From IMG/VR virus record IMGVR_UViG_2563366903_000020: 37,235 nucleotides of DNA, one strand, 5' to 3'. Origin of the DNA: a virus (taxonomy: Duplodnaviria; Heunggongvirae; Uroviricota; Caudoviricetes). Below, in pieces: positions 27,593-36,242 of this stretch; the first letter of the stretch is position 1; every line of letters starts with the position of its first letter. A model generated the notes under the pieces. The model saw only the letters and a list, made by a program, of their open reading frames with translations. It did not search any database and had not been told where the DNA came from. A program made the position numbers and the translations under genes.

Positions 27593-30102
27593 GGGTTCAC
27601 CTCCGGTTGATCTGCTGCCACCAGGCTTCGTGATTTCTCATCCCAGTGCACAATCCGCCCGTCAGGCAGGCGAACGCGTGCACCTCTGTGTACGGAAAGT
27701 GCTGCGCCACTGTGTAGCTCCTCGCCCGTCGCGCTCAGTGCCGACTTGATTACGGTGGTGGTGACGTCAGTCAGCGGCAATGCTGTACGCACATGTATGA
27801 CGTCATCGGGCGTGGTGGGGCCGCCGGTTTTCACGGTTTTTGTGTCAGATGGCGCATCTTTCAGCTGCCTGGTGAGTTGTTTTCGCTTTGTGGGGGTCAG
27901 TGACCTTAACCACTCACCCAAATCACCTCCCGGGACGACCAGTTTTTGTTCTTTCCTGGTTTCCGGTGGTGGGTTTTTACCCTCTCCGGTGTCTGTTTTT
28001 TCATCATGGGGACAGTTATTGCCACGAGTCCAAGGTGCGGCGAAGCCGCCCCCAACGTCAAAATCCTCGTCCGTGCTGTTGTCGGCTTTCGCTTCTTTTC
28101 TGACCAGTTCCCACTCGTCCGGATGGGTGCAGATGGTGTAGCGCTCGCCGAGCGACGGGGCACAAATTCCGTAGATGCGCTGCGGGAATTCGCCGTAGTC
28201 GTTGGCCTCATCTGCGGTTTCGTATGCGGTGCGGATCAGGTACAGGTTGCGTGGAATGAGCACGCCGCCCTGACGGTTGATGTAGGTGGCAAAACACCCC
28301 ACGTCAGCGGCGGCCAGAATGGCGTCAATGTCGTCATGGTCCAGGCGCTTCGGTGATGCGGGGTTACGCTCCATTTGTCCGGCAAGGCGGCGGAGTTCAC
28401 GCCATACCTGGCGGGGCGGGATACCGAAGAACTGGAACTGCCGGATGCGGTGGAGACTCGCCCAGGCAATGGCGTTTTCCACGGTTTCCGCCATGGTTTT
28501 TCCCGATTCTTTATCGGCGTAAGGTTTGCCGGTTTTCGGGTCATTGTCGTGAAAGGTGCTGGCGTCCAGGTTCTTGCCAATATAGGTTGCGATGTAGCTT
28601 GCCGGTGTGCCTTTTGCCGGGTCGATTTTTTCGCACTTGAAGCGCGGAGAAATATCATTCCCCAGTTCTGCGCGATCTGATTTGATTGCTGCGTCACGCA
28701 TGATTTCAATGATGCGTTCTTCATTGTCCGGGGCGGTGAATACCAGCATGTGCCAGTGCGGTGTGCCGTCATGGTGTGGCTCAACGGTGCGCACCCCGTA
28801 CCAGCTCAGGCCTTCTTTGTTGAGTTTTTTTCTTGCAGCTGCAAAGACGTCGTAAACCAGATAATCACTGGCATCGCGCACGGTGGCACCGTTGTATTTC
28901 GGGTTCAGGCTGCCGTCCTCGTTTACGCTGTGAAAGCGGGAAGGGCAGGTCACTGTCACGAAGAACGCGGAGTCACCACGCGATTCGGCGACCTGTTCCA
29001 TCCCTCTGACGCAGGCCATCATCTCGTTGCGGCGGTTGCGCGGATTCCCCAGCCCTGACCAGTACACGTCCTCCAGACTCAGGCGTTCACCGTCTTCGTT
29101 TTCAATGTCCCAGCTTTTGAGAAAATCACGGGTGCGCTGGCGTTTCTCCCGGAATTCCTGGAGTGACTCATGGCTGATGTAGGGGGATGCCTTGCGCGAT
29201 ACTCTTCCGGCGGCACGCAGTAATTCCTCCCGCCAGAGATCAGCGAGGTGGCGCAGCTGGTTGTTCCACCAGGTAGCGCAGGTGATACGCATTACCGCGC
29301 CCGGTACCAGTTCAGGGTCTGGTGCCGTGCGGCGGTCACGTCTGATCTCGAGTGACGGCCAGTATGGTGGGTTCACGCCCAGTTTTATTGCCATGCGCGC
29401 CAGCTGCTGGTAAGTCAGCAACCAGGTAAACAGGTTATCGTCGCCTTTTCCTGTCCGCTCAGTAACTTCATCACATATGCGTTCCAGTTCGGTGGAAAAT
29501 GCCGCCGCCGTTAGTGTGGCAAGGCGCTGAATTTGATCACGGTTGAGTTGTGGCAGCATGAGTAATTCATCAAGGCGATGGCGTGCTGCGGTGGCTTTGA
29601 ATGCCGTCGTGGCGAAGCATTCATTCACCTGTTCGATGCGTTTCAGGCGTGTGCGCAGTCCACGGCGAACAAAGTTATCAGCCACGTGTGTATTGTTGTT
29701 TTTCACGCCTTCATGGCGGGCGCTTTGCTGTTTGCGGTTTAAACGCGTCAGATCACGAATGAGCGCGTTGCCAAGAAACGAGGGCAGGGCGCGAAGTTCT
29801 GCCATGGCTTCCGATACCACCGTGGGCGGATTCTCGCGTTTGTGCCGCGCCAGTTTTTCCAGTCTGATCCGACGCTCTTCGTTGTGGTGAAGGTGCGAAT
29901 TAATTCGCTTCCCTTCGTCTGTGGTTGTCAGAAAGGCGACGGTTTCTTCATCCAGTCTGGCATCAATGCGAATGTCCTCGTTGATGTAGCTCTGAATGGC
30001 CTGGCGTAATGCGGTTGGTTGTGCTCTGCCGAACGTTTCAGGATCGATAACCGGTAGCGGTGCGTTCCACGGGTACGCCAGCTGTGCATTGCGGTCACTC
30101 AT
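27589..30102 (-). CDS. A: Rolling-circle replication initiator gpA (HUH endonuclease)
   Basis: 837 aa; HUH-like motif TPHWHMLVF; P2 A family. Confidence 0.93.
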   Translation of the reverse strand: MSDRNAQLAYPWNAPLPVIDPETFGRAQPTALRQAIQSYINEDIRIDARLDEETVAFLTTTDEGKRINSHLHHNEERRIRLEKLARHKRENPPTVVSEAMAELRALPSFLGNALIRDLTRLNRKQQSARHEGVKNNNTHVADNFVRRGLRTRLKRIEQVNECFATTAFKATAARHRLDELLMLPQLNRDQIQRLATLTAAAFSTELERICDEVTERTGKGDDNLFTWLLTYQQLARMAIKLGVNPPYWPSLEIRRDRRTAPDPELVPGAVMRITCATWWNNQLRHLADLWREELLRAAGRVSRKASPYISHESLQEFREKRQRTRDFLKSWDIENEDGERLSLEDVYWSGLGNPRNRRNEMMACVRGMEQVAESRGDSAFFVTVTCPSRFHSVNEDGSLNPKYNGATVRDASDYLVYDVFAAARKKLNKEGLSWYGVRTVEPHHDGTPHWHMLVFTAPDNEERIIEIMRDAAIKSDRAELGNDISPRFKCEKIDPAKGTPASYIATYIGKNLDASTFHDNDPKTGKPYADKESGKTMAETVENAIAWASLHRIRQFQFFGIPPRQVWRELRRLAGQMERNPASPKRLDHDDIDAILAAADVGCFATYINRQGGVLIPRNLYLIRTAYETADEANDYGEFPQRIYGICAPSLGERYTICTHPDEWELVRKEAKADNSTDEDFDVGGGFAAPWTRGNNCPHDEKTDTGEGKNPPPETRKEQKLVVPGGDLGEWLRSLTPTKRKQLTRQLKDAPSDTKTVKTGGPTTPDDVIHVRTALPLTDVTTTVIKSALSATGEELHSGAALSVHRGARVRLPDGRIVHWDEKSRSLVAADQPEVNP

Positions 30103-30515
30103 GCGTCGTACTCCCCGCCAGTGACCTCCTGAAACGCCGCGCGGTACAGCACGAGAAGGCGCTGGTATTCACCGATAAAGTCTTCTGCGGTGTATATGCC
30201 TTTCACGGCCACGCTGTGGGTTGTCATTTCCAGAACCAGTGCCATCTCTGACGATGACCAGCTGATGGCGGTACTGTCGGTGCCGTTGATGTGAAATAAA
30301 CCAAAGCCATCACCGTCACCTTTCACGTCCACGCGGTAACGACCGTCAACGGTGAAGGAGAAATCCCCGTATGTGGTGATGCTGCGGGCGGCCTGTTTAC
30401 AGGCGCGGCGGTAGTAGTCGTGCCAGTTGTTCAGGCGGGAAGCCAGCAGGGGATCCACCGCCCACATCCAGTTAAAAAAGTCCTGAATATCTGAAAGTCC
30501 CTTAACGCTCTTCAT
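30099..30515 (-). CDS. Hypothetical early protein (138 aa)
   Basis: ORF immediately upstream of A; stop overlaps A start. Confidence 0.55.
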   Translation of the reverse strand: MKSVKGLSDIQDFFNWMWAVDPLLASRLNNWHDYYRRACKQAARSITTYGDFSFTVDGRYRVDVKGDGDGFGLFHINGTDSTAISWSSSEMALVLEMTTHSVAVKGIYTAEDFIGEYQRLLVLYRAAFQEVTGGEYDA

Positions 30516-30583
30516 GAGAACCTCCGGTAACAGACGTGCGGAAGCCTCCCGCGCACGGGTGCGGGATGGCTTCAGGATGTGGT

Positions 30584-30805
30584 TTATCGGTGCTGGTTGA
30601 TGAGGCTTTGCAGTTCTGCCAGGTCTTCGGCCAGATAGCTGAAGACTGCCGCGTAATACCCGGCAGCGATACCGTCGTTAAGTCGGTGTAATACGTTTGA
30701 CTGCATGATAAAGGCGACAGATGCAGCCCGATGGAGTCTGCGGTTGATTTCGCTGCGGATGTGAAGACGCTCAGCGCGGGCGCGCTGTTGCTTGCGGTTT
30801 GCCAT
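30584..30805 (-). CDS. Hypothetical early protein (73 aa)
   Basis: ORF in early operon; Arg-rich N-terminus. Confidence 0.4.
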   Translation of the reverse strand: MANRKQQRARAERLHIRSEINRRLHRAASVAFIMQSNVLHRLNDGIAAGYYAAVFSYLAEDLAELQSLINQHR

Positions 30806-30983
30806 GGTGTGGCCTCTTCGTTTGTGAATTTTGAAAACTCACCAACCAGAGGTGGAAAACTCAGGGTGGCGAGACGTACAGGGTTTCCACAACCGGCAAA
30901 CGAAGAAACCGGCCCGACCGAAGTCGGCCCTGTACGCCCCGCCATAATTCTGACGCGAAAAAGACGTGGCGATACAGTACGCA

Positions 30984-31005
30984 CAAAAAAACCGCTGGCG
31001 CGGTT
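30984..31005 (-). terminator. Putative intrinsic terminator on minus strand
   Basis: Minus strand CCGC-gcca-GCGG followed by U7 (plus-strand A-run 30984-30991). Confidence 0.4.
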
Positions 31006-31102
31006 GTGCGCTACGTTTGTCAGCAGGCTGCGAAACCCGGCACCCGTTTTATGAGGTGCAGCGGAAATGTAACCCGACACGACGAGCGCTGGCAAGCGGT
31101 TT

Positions 31103-31130
31103 TTGTGTTGCGTGCTGAAGTATGTATAAT
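31103..31130 (+). promoter_or_regulatory. Candidate sigma70 promoter for the plus-strand membrane-protein gene
   Basis: Perfect -10 TATAAT (31125-31130) preceded by TG; -35-like TTGTGT 16 bp upstream; GGAGG RBS at 31181-31185. Confidence 0.4.
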
Positions 31131-31191
31131 CGCGGCGCAAAAATGGAATGCGCCGAGGGATAGCGGCGTTTATTAACAATGGAGGTTGTTT

Positions 31192-31659
31192 ATGCCTGTT
31201 GCTATGGAGCAAGCAGACAAGAAGATTTTTTTTCATCTGTGGTACAGCTATTGGCTGGAAGAGATGGTTTTCATACTCAGCAATAAAGCCGCTGCCATGT
31301 TGCGCGCCGGGGCGCTGATTGCTGCGGTATTGTCCTTTCTTCTGGTTGGTTTTCCCGTCCTGATGAGCCTTTGGGGGCTGGCGTTTTTTGTTTTTTCCTG
31401 GTTTTGCAGCAAGTGTGAATTCGTCGCCGAACTGGCGTGCTGGCAGAAACAGAGCTACCTTCGTCTGATTACGCAAAGGGATTTCATGAGCACTGAACGC
31501 CTGATTGAGCGCATTCTGTATCTGGAAGAAACGAACAGCGCATCCATGAAGGCGTTTGTCAGGCCCGCAAAAAACAAAGCGAGCGCATCTGTTGGTCTGT
31601 CTGCCAGCGAGCATTTGCGTTACTCCGAAAGGTTAATCTGCTGGTTGTGCGGCGTCTGA
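31192..31659 (+). CDS. Membrane protein (155 aa, two TM helices), opposite in orientation to the early operon; unknown function
   Basis: ATG at 31192, 6 nt after GGAGG; own promoter; 3' end overlaps the convergent DUF4406-like gene by 40 bp. Confidence 0.6.
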   Translation: MPVAMEQADKKIFFHLWYSYWLEEMVFILSNKAAAMLRAGALIAAVLSFLLVGFPVLMSLWGLAFFVFSWFCSKCEFVAELACWQKQSYLRLITQRDFMSTERLIERILYLEETNSASMKAFVRPAKNKASASVGLSASEHLRYSERLICWLCGV

Positions 31660-31981
31660 TCGACTCCCGGCTGCGTGATGCTTTTACCGTCTTCCCTGAC
31701 AGGCGGTAATGACACGTCTATGTTCAGCTTGAGTGCCATTGCGTACTCCGCCCGCGCGCCAGCTGAATCCTCCCAGCCTTCCAGCAAGTAAATGACATCG
31801 GCACACATGAGCATCGGAATACAAATACTCATGTACTGCTGCTGGCTTAATCCGTCAGGCAGTACGGCAGGATTAAGAACGATGTTTCCGGCGCACCGAA
31901 GTTTCAGGTCCTCCACGCAAAATGCCGTCCTGTTGTGTCTTTGCATCCGGTCATGGGACCGGCGATATAAATCACTGCCAT
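31620..31981 (-). pseudogene. DUF4406-like gene with apparent frameshift
   Basis: N-terminal MAVIYIAGPMTG is encoded from ATG 31981 in one frame; the rest (…NRTAFCVEDLKLRCAGNIVLNPA…CADVIYLLEGWEDSAGARAEYAMA) continues in another frame from about 31946. Confidence 0.5.
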
Positions 31982-32009
31982 GCTTTACCTCCCGTATTGC
32001 GTGTTGCTG

Positions 32010-32954
32010 TCAGCACGCGTACTTCTTCCATGTTCGTGGCGCAGAAGTGCGAACCGTTGATAAGGCGGATGTGATGCATCTCAGGGTGGCGATAACCTCC
32101 GGTGCTGATTCCCGGGTTCTTGCGCCAACGCTTCGTGGTGCCTGGATGGCGTTCATCCGGTAACCCTGATAAATGCGTCTGGTTTCCGGTGTGTCGGAAT
32201 TGGATATGGTGATGCTGGTCATGCCGCCCGTTTCCTGTGAAAGGCGGTCAAGCGCTGCCCTCAGACGAACGTGCTCGTCTTCATCGAATGGTTTTCCGTA
32301 GGCGGTGAAATTGTCCCGGCCACTGAATCGCAGGTAAGGGGGATCGCAGTACACGCAAAGCGTGTTGCCCATGCCGAACAGGTGACTGGCAGAGTTCAGC
32401 GTATCCTTAAAATCTGCGTGGATAAGCAGCGTTCGGGTGCTGTTTGCCTTGTCTGCAAATGCGCGGATTTCACGCTCAGGGAAGTAGGGCTTGCGGTAGC
32501 AGCCGAAAGGCACGTTAAAATCGCCTTTTCCGTTCACGCGGAACAAACCGTTAAAGCTGTGTCGGTTCAGGTACAAAAACATGGCGGCCAGTCGCAGTTC
32601 ACGGCGGTCGCTTATTCCCGTTCTGCTGTTCAGGAAGGCATGATTCTCTGCGTTAAAGGTTTCGCGAATGATGAGATAGTCACCCCTGTTGTTGTGGTTC
32701 AGGAACAGGGTTTTCGCCTCGTCGATCAGGCTGTCGGTGTTGTCCCTGGCTTGCCGGTAGAAATTAATCAGCGCACCATTGGAATCACCCAGGATGTAAC
32801 GCTTGTAACTGGTGTTCATGAATACCGATGCGCCACCCACAAACGGCTCAACCAGGCAGTCTGCTTCTGGCAGATGCGCCTTCAGTGTGTTCATGATGCG
32901 ACTTTTTCCGCCCACCCATTTAAGCGGCGTGCCGGATAACAGTTCTTTGCTCAT
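32010..32954 (-). CDS. dam: DNA adenine N6-methyltransferase (Dam-like)
   Basis: DPPY catalytic motif (VYCDPPY), WVGGK SAM-binding motif near N-terminus. Confidence 0.9.
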   Translation of the reverse strand: MSKELLSGTPLKWVGGKSRIMNTLKAHLPEADCLVEPFVGGASVFMNTSYKRYILGDSNGALINFYRQARDNTDSLIDEAKTLFLNHNNRGDYLIIRETFNAENHAFLNSRTGISDRRELRLAAMFLYLNRHSFNGLFRVNGKGDFNVPFGCYRKPYFPEREIRAFADKANSTRTLLIHADFKDTLNSASHLFGMGNTLCVYCDPPYLRFSGRDNFTAYGKPFDEDEHVRLRAALDRLSQETGGMTSITISNSDTPETRRIYQGYRMNAIQAPRSVGARTRESAPEVIATLRCITSALSTVRTSAPRTWKKYAC

Positions 32955-33187
32955 AACGCGGCCTCTTTGTTATAGGTTTCGTGCGTTAATAAATCCCATG
33001 ACGCCCCGTTGTTTTTGCTCAGCAATCGCCAGCGAAAACCGATTCTTATTACCAGGTAGTCGTGGGGTTTTATGCGTGAAAAATTCCGCACGCCGTCGCG
33101 GAATAAACGCAGCGATGCGCGGGCTTTTCTTTCCACGTTCAGGGGGGGGCAGCAACACACATTCAGGATGGCGACCATGGCTTCACC

Positions 33188-33778
33188 TCATATGTTCAGG
33201 AATGGTGTTGTGAAGCGCTGCCAGATTTCTGACACGACCTTTGCCTGGTAAACGGCGTCGCCCAGCGCGGTGTGAGCAATGGTCTCTTTGCCTGATCTGC
33301 CTGGCATTTTCCATCCAGTTGATTCAGCCATGGCGATAAGCGGGCGCATACAGCGCTCGTTCCAGTAGCACCAGGGGATGCTTTTTTCTCCGGCTGTGCG
33401 TGTTATGGCGGATTTCAGGATCGGGAAATCGAAGGATGCGCCCTTACACCATATGTTCAGTGAATTGCCCGGGCTTTCGTCATGCATATTGCGTGAAATG
33501 AACGCCAGAAATTCGGTCACTGCTGCCAGCTCTGTTCCATCTGCGTTGCGCAGGCAGGCTCTGGCTTCCACGGATTGTCCGGCCCACCATACAGCGGTGG
33601 CTGCATTGACGGTTCCGCCGTTGCGTTCTGAATCCACCGGGTCGATGAATTTCTCAAACTGCTTGCCCAGCTTTCCGGTGAACGGGTCGAAAAACACCGC
33701 CCCAATCGCGAATATGGCTGCGTCCGGTCCGTTACCCAGTGTTTCGGTGTCAATCATGAGATGGTTCATTATGCGCAC
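33188..33778 (-). CDS. DEDDh-type 3'-5' exonuclease (DnaQ-like)
   Basis: MIDTETLG Exo I motif and H-x4-D (HTALGDAV) Exo III motif. Confidence 0.8.
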   Translation of the reverse strand: MRIMNHLMIDTETLGNGPDAAIFAIGAVFFDPFTGKLGKQFEKFIDPVDSERNGGTVNAATAVWWAGQSVEARACLRNADGTELAAVTEFLAFISRNMHDESPGNSLNIWCKGASFDFPILKSAITRTAGEKSIPWCYWNERCMRPLIAMAESTGWKMPGRSGKETIAHTALGDAVYQAKVVSEIWQRFTTPFLNI

Positions 33779-34023
33779 CCCTTCAGTTCGTCTGGGTTGG
33801 CGAGTATTGCAATCAGTCGTTCAATGGATGAACAGGTTTCCTCCGGGGAGGTGTGCTTCTCTCTCGCTGTGTTAACCAGGTCATGCAGCAATTCGCAGAT
33901 ATGCGCACGCTCGGCTTTTCTTGCGGCAATGCTGATATGTGCATGATGGTTAGCTGGTCTGGCGGTTATTTTTCTGCCTGGTGATTCGGCTGTTCTCATT
34001 TGTTGACTCCTGAAAAAAGACAA
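33769..34023 (-). CDS. Hypothetical early protein (84 aa)
   Basis: ORF in early operon. Confidence 0.4.
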   Translation of the reverse strand: MSFFRSQQMRTAESPGRKITARPANHHAHISIAARKAERAHICELLHDLVNTAREKHTSPEETCSSIERLIAILANPDELKGCA

Positions 34024-34212
34024 AGGGAACCCGAAGGCATGAATGCCTTAATTAATTGCTCGTGTGTTTTCTGGTGTTATTCCGCGCCTGCTTTCGGCTT
34101 CAGGTTATTCCCAGATCTTCAGGGCTAACCAGATAAGCGCACTCACCTGAAATATCACCCATACAGTGGCGATGGTGAGTATTGCTTTTACATTCTTCAT
34201 AAGGTTTTCGCT

Positions 34213-34338
34213 TTATTTACGGCGTTTATCGCCGGTAAAGAATAATTCGATATCCTTCAGTGTGTAGATAATTCGCATAATGCCGATTGCCATAAGCACG
34301 GAGATAATCAGAATTACCCATGAAAGAAATATGCTCAT
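34213..34338 (-). CDS. Micro-protein (41 aa), single TM helix
   Basis: MSIFLSWVILIISVLMAIGIMRIIYTLKDIELFFTGDKRRK; ATG overlaps stop of the upstream 80-aa ORF (ATGA). Confidence 0.35.
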   Translation of the reverse strand: MSIFLSWVILIISVLMAIGIMRIIYTLKDIELFFTGDKRRK

Positions 34339-34577
34339 GCGGCTACCCCTGTGAAGTAAGGCTCAACAATTTCACCTTCAAACAGTTCTGTCATAATCGA
34401 CTTTAATTCTTCCAGCGCTTCACGGTCATCGCTGCCCAGTGCGCAGTTGTATAGCCCCATAATTGCGCCGCGCAGTGAGTTACGAAGGCTTTCATCCTTA
34501 GTTACGCCCCGGTTTGCGAGTTCAAAGTGATAACGTTGCAACGCGTTATTGATAAGTATTTTGTAGGCTTCGATCAT
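34335..34577 (-). CDS. Hypothetical early protein (80 aa)
   Basis: ORF in early operon. Confidence 0.5.
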   Translation of the reverse strand: MIEAYKILINNALQRYHFELANRGVTKDESLRNSLRGAIMGLYNCALGSDDREALEELKSIMTELFEGEIVEPYFTGVAA

Positions 34578-34595
34578 GGCTGAATCCTTTATTTA

Positions 34596-34931
34596 TCAGT
34601 GCTTGCTTCCCGGATATTGAAAACGCAGGCCGCTGATTAATCTGTCTGCCGTTCTTAAGGCTTCAAAAAATGTGAAGTCCTGTCCGAAGTAATCATCCCC
34701 GCGAGTCAGGGTGAAATTAAATCTGCCAGTAACAGGGCTGCGAAAACTTTTGTGAATAACGATGCCAGTGTCGCCAATCGTCCAGGTGTGCTTGCCGGTT
34801 TGTTTTACCGGGTGACCGTCTGGTGTGGTATGGATTTCAGTGGTTGCGGTCGCACTATTTTTACGGAAGTGCTGGCGTGCAACGTGGCGTTCGGTGTTGT
34901 TATTGATGCGTGCATTTCGTTGTTGCTTCAT
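34596..34931 (-). CDS. Hypothetical early protein (111 aa)
   Basis: ORF in early operon. Confidence 0.5.
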   Translation of the reverse strand: MKQQRNARINNNTERHVARQHFRKNSATATTEIHTTPDGHPVKQTGKHTWTIGDTGIVIHKSFRSPVTGRFNFTLTRGDDYFGQDFTFFEALRTADRLISGLRFQYPGSKH

Positions 34932-34956
34932 TCTTCACTCGGTCCTTATGCGATGA

Positions 34957-35151
34957 TTACAGTGATTCGTCTCTTGTCAGCCTAAAAATCACTTCAGCCA
35001 TGACTTCGCTAATTACATCGATCCCCTGATCGGTAAGGGCTTCTTTCCAGGCCTTGCTTGCACGTGTTGGATCCATCCTGCCTGATTGCTGTTGTATGAT
35101 GATGAAGCGTAAATCGCTGTATAAGTCTTTTGTTTGAGTGGAGTCAGTCAT
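34957..35151 (-). CDS. Hypothetical early protein (64 aa)
   Basis: ORF in early operon. Confidence 0.45.
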   Translation of the reverse strand: MTDSTQTKDLYSDLRFIIIQQQSGRMDPTRASKAWKEALTDQGIDVISEVMAEVIFRLTRDESL

Positions 35152-35202
35152 GTCAACACCTTCAAATCCCGATGCTCTTAATGATCCCGGTTTGTTTTGA
35201 TG

Positions 35203-35727
35203 TCACTGGTTGCCTTCGCTGTATTGGTGTTGCTCCAGTTTTGACTTTCTTCCTGTGTAAACCCGCTTTCCATTGATGGTCTGGCAGTCTTCTTTGTTTG
35301 CCGGGGAAAACTTTCTTTTCTGTCGGTCGTACGTCCAGTAGCTTTTCCAGTTGTGCCATTCTGGCGGCTCGCATTCTGGTAGTTCGTCAGCCAGCTTGTC
35401 CCACTCTCTGGCGTTAAACCACCATACGCCATCCGAATTTTCATCTTCAGGGTTTGAACGGGTCTTGTGTCCAGGCATCTGATTTCGCTGAAGCGCCACG
35501 CGCAATGCAGCTTTTGTCAACCCGATATAGGCTGCCCCTTTTTCAAGTGAGCAAAGTCCGGCTACCGGGCCATCCAGTCGCAAGGTTGCCCCTTTTTTGT
35601 AGGTGCGTTTTTTCTTTTCCTCTTGGTGTTCATCGTCGTTTGCCGCGCCAACGGATTCGGTGATGCTGTCGTTTTCCTGAAGGGCTTGTGTGTCAGATAA
35701 CTCTTTATCGGCAATTGACTTCCGCAT
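35203..35727 (-). CDS. Cox/excisionase-like early regulator with long N- and C-terminal extensions (174 aa)
   Basis: First gene of the early operon, divergent from C; central segment GLTKAALRVALQRNQMPG...GVWWFNAREWDK resembles the Cox HTH region; could instead be CII-like. Confidence 0.45.
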   Translation of the reverse strand: MRKSIADKELSDTQALQENDSITESVGAANDDEHQEEKKKRTYKKGATLRLDGPVAGLCSLEKGAAYIGLTKAALRVALQRNQMPGHKTRSNPEDENSDGVWWFNAREWDKLADELPECEPPEWHNWKSYWTYDRQKRKFSPANKEDCQTINGKRVYTGRKSKLEQHQYSEGNQ

Positions 35728-35787
35728 TTGCTATCCTCTTGCGTTGGTGCGCTTGTCGCGCATCATGAAGGTTTGTTTAGGTTTATA

Positions 35788-35811
35788 AAAGATACTCGTG
35801 CGAGTATCTTT
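35788..35811. promoter_or_regulatory. Candidate repressor operator in the genetic switch region
   Basis: Perfect palindrome AAAGATACTCG-tg-CGAGTATCTTT flanked by -10-like TATAAA and TTAATA, 20 nt upstream of the C start. Confidence 0.5.
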
Positions 35812-35831
35812 CGCGAGAGGTTAATACTCAA

Positions 35832-36173
35832 ATGGTTATCTTGTCAATAGACTATGCAAAAAAGCTACGTCAAATACGCAAGGCTGAAGGGCTAACGCAA
35901 AAGGAATTTGCGGATATTACGGGGTTGTCTTTAGCTGCCATAAGGAACTATGAATCAGGGCAAAAAAGCGCCAGAGCCAAAATTGTTGAGATGGTTCTCC
36001 AAGTTGATCGGTTTGAAAAATACATGATGTGGCTAATAAAAGATAAGACAATGCCTGCTGCCGGTCAGATAGCCCCGGCTCTCTCTCTTGATGGCTCCAT
36101 TCAGTCGGAGGGCGATCAGGTTTCAATCGGCATTACCCAAAAATCACCCCGATCTCGTCGCAATGCTGGCTAA
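35832..36173 (+). CDS. C: Immunity repressor, P2 C-like (XRE-type HTH)
   Basis: HTH LTQKEFADITGLSLAAIRNYESG; GQIAPAL segment recalled from P2 C; position upstream of int. Confidence 0.8.
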   Translation: MVILSIDYAKKLRQIRKAEGLTQKEFADITGLSLAAIRNYESGQKSARAKIVEMVLQVDRFEKYMMWLIKDKTMPAAGQIAPALSLDGSIQSEGDQVSIGITQKSPRSRRNAG

Positions 36174-36242
36174 CGCTGTACATCGAGCGGGTTTCATCCC
36201 GTAGAGAGTGTACGGCTGATTCATCCGTTGGAGGGGCTAATC

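Noticed and set aside
30502..31614. 370-aa minus-strand ORF
   Set aside because: Low-complexity translation spanning terminator hairpins and the plus-strand gene with good expression signals.
32951..33178. 62-75-aa ORFs between exonuclease and Dam
   Set aside because: Two overlapping alternatives, neither with a clear RBS or recognisable sequence; the interval may hold a small gene but I cannot support one.
35162..35444. 70- and 88-aa ORFs overlapping the cox-like gene
   Set aside because: Alternate frames of the same strand as a gene with a recognisable HTH core.
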